Part shown: in pieces, positions 45,846-56,882 of the stretch
How the letters are laid out: the number at the start of each line of letters is the position of its first letter
Numbering within the stretch: position 1 is the first letter of the stretch
Origin: Eukaryota sp. TZLM1-RC
Lineage: Eukaryota > Protista > Metamonada: BaSk clade
Direction of reading: 5' to 3'
Assembly (NCBI GenBank): GCA_040285825.1
Contig: JAUPSS010000005.1
Location: forward strand, 310,001-374,000
Length of the DNA stretch: 64,000 nucleotides
Translations under genes and position numbers: made by a program
The notes under the pieces: generated by a model
Told to the model about the DNA's origin: nothing
Databases searched by the model: none
The model's input: the letters and a program-made list of their open reading frames with translations, nothing else

Positions 45846-46990
45846 TTGCTCAATCATCCAAATTGATACTGTTTAAAGAAACAAACAATACTGGGCTATT
45901 TTGTTAAAAAGAAATGATTAATACGTTTTAAAAAAGCATTTTATAATCAATTACTCATTTTTGATACAATTTACTTACTCAGTTGATCTGAAACGTTGAT
46001 TATAAAGTACAATTATAAATAATTGGAAACCAAGTAACTGCTAAAATAAGAACAATAAAAAACTGAAATTAAAATAGGAAACAGTTGTTAATTTAAAACT
46101 TACATGTTTTGTGATCAACACCCCACCAAATATCTATTGATGATGTAATATGAGAGAAACAAAAGGAGAATTACTTGGAAAGGATAGTCGAAACAAAATC
46201 TTTTTTCTGTAACCTATTAAAATCTGGCCATGAAAACAGATTCAAACTGTTTCAACTGAGTCTTGGCTTCCATTGCATTAGTCATGAAGGTGTCAATGCG
46301 AATGCACGTGCTCTGGAGAGAAATCCAATCTAGATCAGTCATTTAAAAACACTCAAACCTGAAAAAATGAAGTTAATGGTCAACTAAGAATTGCAGACTT
46401 TGGTACTTACAAAGTTATAGCTAACACCACCCGAATATCCACTTCTATTACCTTTACCCCCAAATATGCAGCTTTAGAGGTTTTTGATAATAGAATAACA
46501 GAAGCTTCTGATATTTATTCTATTGGAGTAATTGTCTGAGGATTACTTACCAATAAATTAGTGTTTGGAATAGAGTGATTCTGTCACACTAGATGGAGAG
46601 TTGGTTCATATAGCAAAAGAGAAAGGAGAAAAACAAACTTGAGCTTGGGTAAATAAATGTACTAATGAAAGCTGTTGACTAAAGGTATTAGAAATAGTGA
46701 TTCGGCGAAAAACTGATGACGTGGCGTGGCGTGGCATTGGTTCTTTTAAGGATTGGTGTGTGATCGGAGGCAGAGCTCAAGGGGTACAGACGTGATGAAC
46801 GGGCATGAACTTCAGGAGCAGTGGAAAGGACAGACTTTCCTTGTGCAGCAAATCTGTTACAAAGTTCTCGGCAAAGAGTGGTCCGTATTGTGACGGGAAA
46901 GGGGAGAGACCATTGACACATCTATAAACCCTTGACAAGACATTGATCAAAAAACATGCAAGTTTTGTGGGTCCTCATGAAAAGAGAAAA
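45846..46990 (+). pseudogene. Duplicated kinase-pseudogene cassette (copy 2)
   Basis: Collinear with 20413-21590 and shares the same disabling changes. Confidence 0.8.
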
Positions 46991-47029
46991 CAAAAACAAG
47001 AGTCTAGTTGATTTGCGATTTCTAAATGC

Positions 47030-47611
47030 TGGATGCTCTCAAATTCAATTTGCTAAATTTTATCGTTTACAACGATTCTTTTATCGAATTAAAGATGCAA
47101 TAGCGAGAAAACAAGCAGATAAGGATTTTGGAGAAGAAATTTTGGTTCACTGAATTGAGTCCCATTAGTTCTCATTTAGTTTTATTGAGTAATGTTATTT
47201 TTATTCCTTCTTCCATAGGTCATTCTTGATACTGCTTCCTGTGCCTTGTTTTATTGTCCATCCAGGAAGCCTTTAAATAAAGTTCAAAATTTGCCTTTGA
47301 AGAAACATATTAAACTTCATGTTGATAGGTTATGTTTTGGTTCAAAAATTAACCACTTAATTCGTTCCATTCCTCCAGTTTTGAGCACTCACTTTGTCAA
47401 ACAGTATTTGTTTAAGAAAGTCCAATTTTTGGGTTCAGTACCTAACATCAATAATATTGATGATATTCTTTTTCAAGCTTTGAAATCGCATAAGCATGGT
47501 GGTATTGGCCTAACACGTTCATCTATTTTATCAAATGTTAAGTTTTTAGGTGGAATTAAGAACTTCCTGTATGAATTTGCTCTAAGGTTTCCACATCCAT
47601 GGATTTACTGA
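47030..47611 (+). mobile_element. CRE-like fragments (F3-like tail; post-RT thumb region)
   Basis: IKDAIARKQADKDFGEEILVH*; CFGSKINHLIRSIPP...HGGIGLTRS (CRE thumb motifs). Confidence 0.7.
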
Positions 47612-48443
47612 GCACTCAACTCTTCTTCAGTTGCAGAGAAATTTCTACGTAACGTCCTGGACAATTGTTTCAATGATTTTCGGAAATCATAATTTTCTGC
47701 AAAAGTTGTAATGCTGTATGGTTAAACATTGTACAGAATAGAGATAAAAGATAAAGGTATTTATTCAATTTCACTGGCCCTTATAAAGGCCATCACTAGT
47801 GAAGTCTATACTAGACTAATTGTCCACAGTACAACAGTTGACTTTACCTCGATTGAAACTAAAGATTTGCCAAACTTGTTCAAAAATGTTCCTAGATTAT
47901 CATTTATTGAGAAGCAGAATCAGTGAACAATTAAATCAGCATGGCTAACAACTCCGGTGATTGTTCTTTGAAATTATGTTTGTCTTCTTTGTGCAGTATT
48001 CTTTTCAAAATAGTTCATCATGTTTGATAACACAAGTTCTTCGCCGTGTTGGATAACTGCTCTCAGATATTCCATTTTTGACAGCCATGCGAATTAGACT
48101 TAATCTTCCTCCTCCCCAATGCTTATCAAATATAAATTACCTCATAATTTAATTTGTAAATGTTCTCGAGAAATTACAACTACTCATTTGTTAAATTGTA
48201 AACATTTTATTACTTTTAGAAGCAAGGTTCACGATGCTGTATGAGACCAAGCATATTGAAAGTGCAAGTCAAATGGAATTGAATCCTTCTTGGAACCTTT
48301 GATGTCAAATTTGTTTGATACTGAAGATGATTTTCGTAGGAAATATAGAGGTGATGTAACATTACCTGGATTGGATGAAACCTTTATTTTAGTGGATGTA
48401 GAGTCTGTTCATTTTTGTAATGTCTCAAATGAAAGGCTTGTTA

Positions 48444-48968
48444 GACTGCTGGCAGTAATTAGTCTCACTGAGACTAATTTTGTCGTGATACTAATTTCCC
48501 AGTGAGACTAATTTTATCCTCAGCAAATATTCCTTGTAGTGTGCTGTTTTGTGGATACTTGTTGTATTCTTCTTTCGGAACCGACAGTGGGAGAAATTAT
48601 CTCAGCAACAGGAGGGGTATCAGACTCGTTGATTTCAGGCTCAGTAGCACATTCAAAAGATGGTTGTTCCATGTCTTCCTTAAGAGGAGTAATGCGGGCA
48701 AATGCCTGGAGAAGAGGAGACCCCGAAAAGCGGTTATTCATAAGTATATGTAATGAAGAATCGGAATTAGTATGACCTTTGTATTAGTATTAGTATTAGT
48801 AATATTAGTAATATTAGTAATTAGTATTATCTTTATTGAATAAATACATTTTTGTTCTGAGCTTGGAGAAAAAACGGTTGAAAACACGAAAATTTATGGT
48901 ACTAATTGAGAACATAATTAGTCTCACTGAGACTAATTTTGTCGTGAGACTAATTACTGCCAGCAGTG
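48444..48968. mobile_element. 525-bp non-autonomous TIR element (CACTG-type ends, TA TSD)
   Basis: 25-bp TIR (C/G)ACTGCTGGCAGTAATTAGTCTCAC; TA at 48442-3 and 48969-70; the empty site TTGTTAATTCTG is seen at about 18273; multiple GAGACTAATT subterminal repeats; internal (TAGTAT)n. Confidence 0.9.
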
Positions 48969-49381
48969 TAATTCTGAAATTCATAATCCTCTTTCCAATG
49001 CTGAAAACTTCAAAATCAAAATAATAGAATGACCCTTTATCCAAATTGTCCAGCAACAACATGAGAAATACCATTAGTATCCATTTGTATTTTCTTATTT
49101 GGTTCACTTGCTCCAACGGCTTTACATTTCTTAGCAGTGTTAGTCTTGAATAGTATTTATAGTTAATAGTTTAGTTATTAGTATTCCGCCTGTTAGCTTA
49201 AGAAGAGAGAATACAATTCCTCTTCGTAATAAATTACACTTCTGTTACTCCGCATTGTAAGTCAGACAATAACCAACAGCCAAGACCATCAATACGTATT
49301 GGGTCGTCCCCGGCTCAGCGTAGGATCCTTGAGGAAGAGACTGGTTCCTCTTCCTCACCACTAACCACAGACCCTGCTTCC

Positions 49382-51820
49382 ATGCCCCTTTTTTCGGTTG
49401 AAGCTTCTGCGTTTCCTGAAGCAACTTTCCCTGAGGGTTCCACCCCAAAAGAAGACAGTTCCCTTCCAGAGGATTCCGTTCCCATGGAAGGAAGCTCCCC
49501 TCCTCAGGATTCCGTTCCTGTGGAAGGAGACAACCCTCCCAAGGAGTCTGTTTCTTCGGAAGGAAGAAGTCCTTCGTTGGTCTCCTACGACGACGAGGGC
49601 GCAGAGGATTCCGTTGCTCCTCTCCCTCCTTCGCAATTGAGGGTCTCTGAACTCCCACCTTCTCCCCTCCATGAAAGAAGTTCTGAAGTACCACCTTCAC
49701 CTTCTACTCAGAGCAGAGAGACTGTTCAACCTTCTCTCGCGACAAAAGAAGGATTAGAAGAACAACCCTCTTCCTCTCCTACAAAGGTCATTGAAGTACC
49801 ATCTTCATCCCTTTCATCCAGTTCTGAGGTTCCATCCTCTCACTCTCAACAGCTTCTCCCTCCAGTTCCAACTGTTAGGAGAACTATTCAAAATCTTGCT
49901 GTCCCAACTTCAGGATCTCCTCTTACTACATCGACAGTAAGCGGAGTTAACAATCTGTCTGTTTCCCCTCCCCAGGCTAGAGATTCCACTCCTATTACAC
50001 CAAACTTTCCTTCGCATCTTTCCGAAGAGCAAAGGAAGAGGTATGAACTATTATTTTCGGATTTGGTTGACTATGAGGAACCTCCCAGGGAATTCTCTCA
50101 CATAGCCCAACCTCCGGTTCCTTCCACGGAACCTGTACCCGAAATTGATAGAGAAACTGGTGAAGTTTCTAACAAATATTTAGAACGTTACTTCCAAGAA
50201 GAACGAATCTGGAAACTGAAGAACAGACTGGCTAGAGAGTTACAGGCTAGAAGAGGAACATCCTCTACACCTGCCCATCATCAACCACTTCAATCAGTGT
50301 CTGTACCCCTCTATTCTGGCTCCTATGCTAGTAATAGCGTTCGTGAAAACAGTGCTTCCCGCCAGCACAGACCTAACGTTCCACATAGGGATTCCAGAGT
50401 TAACCCTAACGACCCTGAGGCCATTCCTCCTACGGAAATGAGCAAAGGACACCCCATTCTTTGGGCCTAGTATTGAAAACGAACTAGGAATTCGGGTCAC
50501 TCCCAGGATCGGCCCTTACCTTGCATTTGAAAGGATTGAACCTGAGAACGCTAGAGTTGATCCCGAACCATTTTTTGAACCCAGACCCGGTGTCAGGTAC
50601 ATGAGGACCACCAGAGAGGGTGTTTTCAGACGCTTCGCTGGAGATGAAGACAATCTCTTCATTAACGAAGCAAATCCTTGCCCTTACCCTAGGTTCAGCC
50701 CTGGGTACAATGCCTCCTTAGACATTTTAATTGATAGGGATCTTAGGACAGGCTGGTGGTTCACCGAAACCACCTATCAAGAAGGACTCTTTCTTTATGA
50801 TAGACGGCCTGATCACATCGCTTCCTTCTGTGGTCCCGACCATAGAAGAACTGGTAATCTCCAGAGAGCCCTCCAGTAAGTTACAGTATTTCCTGGTTGT
50901 GTAAAATCCAGAATGCTGAAATGGGTAATGGTTGAAGGTAGGATCGAAAAGACTCGCTTGGTGCAACCAGCAGTATCTTCTCACCAGGTTCCAGCCCAAT
51001 TTGAAGATGCTCAAGAGTCACCTTAGCCTCAACAGAGTGAAACTCCATCTTGCTCCGCTCAACCTCCTGAATCACCACAACCTCCTATGGAAACTGATTC
51101 ACTTCCTACCACGAAAACCTCTAATCCCAACCAACCTGCTATGGAACAAGCCGATGACGATGTTGTCTTTGTGAGCAGTGAATCACCCACCCCCACCACA
51201 TCTTCTGATGCGGTACCTGCTCCCATCACTCCCGTTAGTCGAGCTCCTCAACCCCAACCTACACCTTCCACGACAGGTTCAACATCCTCCATTTCCTCAC
51301 ATCATTCACCCTTCTCGGGCACATATGAAAGTAGCCTTCTCCTTTCTTCAATGATTGGATCAAGAGATCGAGATGACAGACGTAGGGACCGTCCTAAACG
51401 TCCATTTCTTGAAGCTTCCGATCTGAGAGACACTGATAAACTCCTAAAGTTTGTCAACAAGTTCATTCTCTGGAGTCGTACCGACCGAGTCCTAAGAGAA
51501 ACGAGAGGTAACGTTGAGGATCCAGCCCAGATAGCTCTAGCCAACGAAGTTGCCAGACTACGTGAAGAATTAGAACTAGCTAGAAAAGGTTCCCAACCAT
51601 GGATCAATGAGTATTTTGGTAACATCACTGGAGAACCAGTTCACGAATGGGACTTGTTCCGTCAAGCCATGAGGATCAAACCCCGAGGCCTCGCTGAATG
51701 TGTCACCCCCGAGGAGGTGCTCACCTAGCTATCTCTTCTCCCACGGTCCCTACCTCAAGAGATGAACGCATCATTTGGGCTCAAATTCTAAGAAGAACCC
51801 AATTCAGCAGACTGGATGAG
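49382..51820 (+). pseudogene. Family B extended gag, frameshifted and 3'-deleted
   Basis: ORFs 49382..50470, 50601..50879 and 51087..51728; homology to the 30.8-33.8 kb copy stops at about 51820. Confidence 0.8.
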
Positions 51821-51824
51821 GCTA

Positions 51825-54800
51825 ATCGAGTAATTGCAGCATAGCACGTTCCAACGAAACCATATCATATAAGATTGCTGATGGAACTACCTCACAGTCC
51901 CTTCGTACTGCTTCTGGAACCCTTAGCATTAGACTAGGTAGCGTTACCCAGATTGTACACGTGAAACACAAGTTCAGCATCGTTCCTGGACATGAAACCA
52001 TTCTCATTGGTGTTGACTTGTTGTGTCACCTTGGACTAATGAACAACAAGGGCATTTATATTAGAATGGACGACGCCTGTCGTACATTACTATTACCTGA
52101 AGCCGAATTCGACCATCGAATATCGCAAACTTCAGAAGTCGTCAACGTTTCCACACGTTGGTTGGAACACATCAACTCATCTGGTTGTACTATCAACCTC
52201 GACAACGACCATTTCAAGAAGTCCCTACTTCAAACTTTGAAAGAGTTCGAAGACGTATTTACCCTTAAGCCTCATGCTGAAGGTATTGATTGCCCTCCCA
52301 TGGAAATCAACTTCTACAATGAAGACGTCAGAGTCAGAAGACCCCCCCCCAGGACCCTGAATCCAGCCAGGCTAGAGGTCGCTCACCAAATTTTCGACGA
52401 ACTCGTAGACTCAGGATTCGCTGTTTCATCGAACCATGAGTTCAGCTCTCCTGTCTGTCTAGTGGTCTACCCAGATCACGGTAAGCCCCGCCTTACCGGT
52501 GACTATAGTGGCAAGGACGGAGTCAACGCCAACACCATCCCTGTTGAGCCCAACCTTCCAAGGATTTCCGATGTGCTGGTATTTCTCTCCCAAGCGAACT
52601 ACATAGGCACCCTTGACCTCCCCAAAGCCTTTTGGCAACTCAAGATTGCTGAAAAGGATTGGCAGAAAACAGCCCTGAGCATTCCTGGCAAAAGCATCAT
52701 GTTCAAACGTGCAGCTTTTGGCCTAAAGAATGTCCCAGCCGTTTTCCAAAACGTCATGGCTCACATTTTGACTGGAGACGGTGTCTTCATTTACATAGAT
52801 GACATCATAATCATAGGTTCAACCTTTGACGAATTCATTGAACGCCTCCGTCGCGTCCTTGATCAAGCCAAATGCACAAGAGTTTCCTTGGGACTTCCAA
52901 AGTGCCATTTCGTGTCTTCCAGGCACCCAATCAAGATACTGAACAGTGTTTTCCAAAACAAACAACGGACTATCGATCCCACTCGCGTTGAATCTTTGCT
53001 GAATCTACCTAGACCAAAGACAATCAAAGACGTCCGCAGCCTCGTAGGATCAGTCAACTTCATTAGAGAATGGCTTCCTCAGGTATCTGAGCTCAACGCT
53101 CCTATCATCAGATTGACTAAGAAGGATGGTAATAACTCCAACGTTAAACCCAAAATCCGCGCGCAACGCCTTCAATGGACCGACATGCACGACGGACTCC
53201 TTCAAAAGATCAAACAACTTATAGCGAAGCACATTCCGCTCAGCTTACCTCCGCTGGAAAACCAAATTTTAATTAGTTCCGATGCATCCGACATTGCTGT
53301 AGGCGGCGTCATATGGGAACAAATCGAACAAGTTGACGACCCCGGTACATCCCCCCCTGATCAACAGGAAATGTAGGCTTATCAGTTTCTTCAGCCGGTT
53401 GTTAACCAACTCGCAAAAGAACTGGCCGACAAACCAAAAGGAACTCTATGCTATCCTACTCATGTTAACTCAAAATGGTTTTGAAAACTACTTGAAAGGA
53501 AGGAAACTGGCTAAATTCACAGACCATCAAAACCTTACCTACATGTTCACGGCTCCTGAGAAGAACAGAATTGTAAAAAGATGGTTACCCTCATTCTCTG
53601 AATTCTACTTTGATTTGGTACATACCAAAAGGGAAGATAACTTCTGGGCTGATATGTTGTCTCAAATAGTTCCGCCTATAGACCATCAAGAGATCAATCA
53701 TTTGTCCCATCAAATGCCTCCAAATTTTCATCCAATATTTTACATTGATAAAATTGATGGAACAGAAAATGAAAGATACTACGTCGAAGACTTAAACAAC
53801 TTCGAACGTATCATGGTCATCAGAGAACGATGTTCCAACGACCTGCCTATTTTCGAGCCATGGTTCTGTAGGATTAGGTCCGAACAGAAGCTTGCCATAG
53901 CTTCCAAAGACCCCTCTTTCAACAACTGTGTTCATAACAATCATCTTGATTTATATATGACTCACGACAACAAGATAGTGATTCCCAAATCACTCATTAA
54001 GGACACCCTTAACTTGTTGCATGGACTTCTGCAAGGAGGCCATCCAAGCAGAGCTGAAAGCCTGAACAAGCTCAGGAACAGCAATTATTGGTGGCCAAAC
54101 ATGCTCACCGACATGAATAAGCACGTCCAAGAATGCCACTCCTGTCAGAAAATAAAGCCAGTTCCCAAACTGCATGTTCCCCCAACCGGTTCATTGTGGG
54201 CTGACAGACCTTTTGCTCGCGTCAACGTCGACGTTATTGGTCTTCTTCCAGAAGATCAAGAAGGCCACAAATACATCTTCGTATTTATTGACAGCTTCTC
54301 TAGGTTCACGATCATCGTGCCTTTAAAAGAGACAAATGCCAATCTTACTGCAGATGCATTAATCTGGAAAGTCTGTGCCATCTTTGGTATTCCATTTCAA
54401 ATCCACAGCGATAATGGACCCGAATTTTCCAAGGCTGTCTTTGACGAATTAAGCAAATTTTTAGGCATAGAGGTGTCAAAGTCAATACCTAGGTTTTCTC
54501 AGTCCAACGGCCTGGTAGAGCGCCGACACAGAGACATTCTGCAAAACCTACGGAAATTGCTCGTAGACTTCAATGCCTACGATGTGTGGTCTGAATACTT
54601 GCCTTATGTGCAATTATTGATAAACTCTTCCAAGAGCTCAATTACCAACCACACCCCATACCAAGTGATCTTTGGCTCAGATGTGTTTCCCAGATCAGAC
54701 CCTGGCAATGTTCTTGAAATCATTGAAAGCTCGACGTCTGAGTCATCTTTTATTCAAGAAATTCAATCTAAATTTCGAAGATTGAAAGAGAAACAGGAAA

Positions 54801-55348
54801 AGGCAGCACACCATCAAGCTTCCAAAGCTTCCAAGCTAACTAGATCGTCAACTCCAAACCCTTTTGAAGTTGGTCAATTGGTATTGAGAGCATCTGGCTC
54901 TTCCGCTAAGCTTCATGGAGACTATTTAGGACCCTTCCTAATTACTGAAATCGTATCCAATTCGTCTGTGAACATCAAGAATCTCTGCACAGGTACGATT
55001 GTCCAAGCTAGCGTCAAACATTTAGCACCCTGGCACTCCAGCTTGCCCACCAACGATGAGTTCCACTCCTGGGTCGCTGCAGGTGATGTCGAAGAACACA
55101 TCATTGACAAAGTGCTCAGTCAGGATGGTGACTTTTGCCAAGTGCAATGGCCTGGAAAAGAGATCACCACCGAACATGTGTCTACAGTCCAAAATACTGC
55201 CGTGTATAAAGACTTTATCAAGACTTCAAAAGCACGTCGCCGTACTAAATCCGCTCCTCCCAAGAAGCGTCATAATTCCATTAGTTCACCTCCTGTGACT
55301 AGAGCTTCCAGGGCTCGTCGCTCGAAAGAGAGGAAAAGGCAGTGTTAG
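51825..55348 (+). pseudogene. Family B pol: protease C-half, RT, RNase H, integrase, chromodomain (one frameshift near 53350)
   Basis: LDLPKAFWQ, FGLKNVPAVFQ, YIDD; SDASDIAVGG, KELYAI, TDHQNL; H-x6-H...CHSC, DVIG, DSFSRF, SDNGPEF, NGLVERRH; GPF; EEHIIDKVL...VQWPG. Confidence 0.95.
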
Positions 55349-56079
55349 TCTTGAATAGTATTTATAGTTAATAGTTTAGTTATTAGTATTCCGCCTGTTA
55401 GCTTAAGAAGAGAGAATACAATTGCTCTTTGTAATAAATTACACTTCTGTTACTCTACATTGTATGTCAGACAATAACCAAAAGCCAAGACCATCAGCAG
55501 TTTCTGAAATGATTTAAAGAACAGGACCAATAGAAATTTCAATAAATTGTTTTTGTAACATAGAATTGTGTTTTCTATTTTTAAGGGGATGTTGAAGATG
55601 GTTTCTGATGTTCTGCTTCCTTTTGGCACTCACTTTGAGCAGAAGTTCCGCTCAAAAAGCCATGGAATCTTCTTTGAGATCCTTGGAACCAGTTGTTGAT
55701 TCTCTACAAAGTCTCAGGGATAAAATTGAGACAGACACTCAAGTATGTTGCCCCTGTTCATTTTAACTTCAGCCTGAGGAATCTGTATCTGTTTCTGTTC
55801 TGGAAGAGACAAATTATCAAGATTGATTTGTTGTCTGTAGTACAACTAATAAATCAAATTTAAATCAAATCAAATGAGAACTCGGAAAGAATTGAACCTC
55901 TGTTGCGAAATGAACATTTATATTGAGGTGACACTCCAATGTTTATAAGCTATATTAAATTATATTAATCATTATTGACATTTAAATCAGTTCACCAGTA
56001 ATAAATTAATATACATATAAGTTTGTATACCTTTTTCGAATTAACTAATTCATTCCAACGAGACGCTAAATAGCAAACC

Positions 56080-56545
56080 TATAATTCTATATTGTCATAC
56101 CCCAAATCAGCCAAAGAAAATTGACTGGAAGTGTTTCTTTTATAAAAACAACCAAGGGATAATGCAGAAGATAATGAGGGAAGCAGCTTTAAAAATTGAA
56201 AATGCACTTCTGTTCTGCCAAAACCTGTCGTTGAAAATGTTGTTTGTAAGTTTTACAGTTTCAATTAAATCATCCAGAAAAGATAAAGCAAGTGGTCCAA
56301 GCGTGCCATGTAGGGAAAAGCAAATGGACAAATGACATAATGAGTGTGGGATTCAACATCCAAGGATAGCAACTTTGCTCTATATTCATCAATTTTAGTT
56401 TTTTCAGCTATAGACAGCGGATTCTTGTGTTTAGACTGAGCTAATGGTATAAAAAAATTATTGCACACATCAATTGATCTCACATCAGTAATGATAGTGG
56501 TCCCTTCAAGACCTTCAAGCATTAAATCACCTCTATTACGACCAA
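56080..56545 (-). mobile_element. RLE family F5 3' fragment
   Basis: RNRGDLMLEGLEG..ITDVRSIDVC...AEKTKIDEY...ICPFAF...FWQNR...FSLADLGYDNIEL*. Confidence 0.8.
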
Positions 56546-56882
56546 AAAAAGAATTCACAATACAAGCAATGTGCAAGAAAATTTTGTATCATCTAAAAGT
56601 AGAATCCTTAATTAAAAAACGTACAAATGGCGAATTTGAGTACAACTTTTGAAATTCAACACTGCTGCTAGTCGTCACCTTTTATAATAGTCACCACTCT
56701 TGTTATTTTAAGAAAGATTATCCATAATCTTGGCCATAATTTGGTAATGGTCCACGTTGAGTGGAAAAGTATTTCTTTTTGTAAAGTATTAAGTACCAGA
56801 ATTCCAGAAATGACCAAAACTCTTTATTTTAAAACCTATTTATTTAAATTTTATTATTTATATTTATTTACTTATACACCAG

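Larger units (their letters stand above)
49138..55496 (+). mobile_element. Ty3/gypsy chromodomain LTR retrotransposon family B (defective)
   Basis: 154-bp TG...CA LTRs (49138-49291, 55343-55496; 6 differences); TSD GCAG; PPT GAAAGAGAGGAAAAGGCAG; gag-PR-RT-RH-IN-chromo order. Confidence 0.96.
48020..55640 (+). mobile_element. RLE family F2 fragment interrupted by a CACTG MITE and LTR element B
   Basis: 48130-48443, 48969-49137 and 55497-55640 rejoin collinearly with about 17965-18580. Confidence 0.85.

Noticed and set aside
49299-49316. TGGGTCGTCCCCGG as a tRNA-Pro primer-binding site
   Set aside because: Offset about 8 nt from the LTR end, needs gaps to match TGGGGGCTCGTCCGGG, and has no TGG counterpart in family A; not fully excluded without the host tRNA set.
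53333-53376. Programmed frameshift within pol
   Set aside because: Falls inside RNase H at a C7 run in an already defective copy; a simple indel or sequencing error is more likely.
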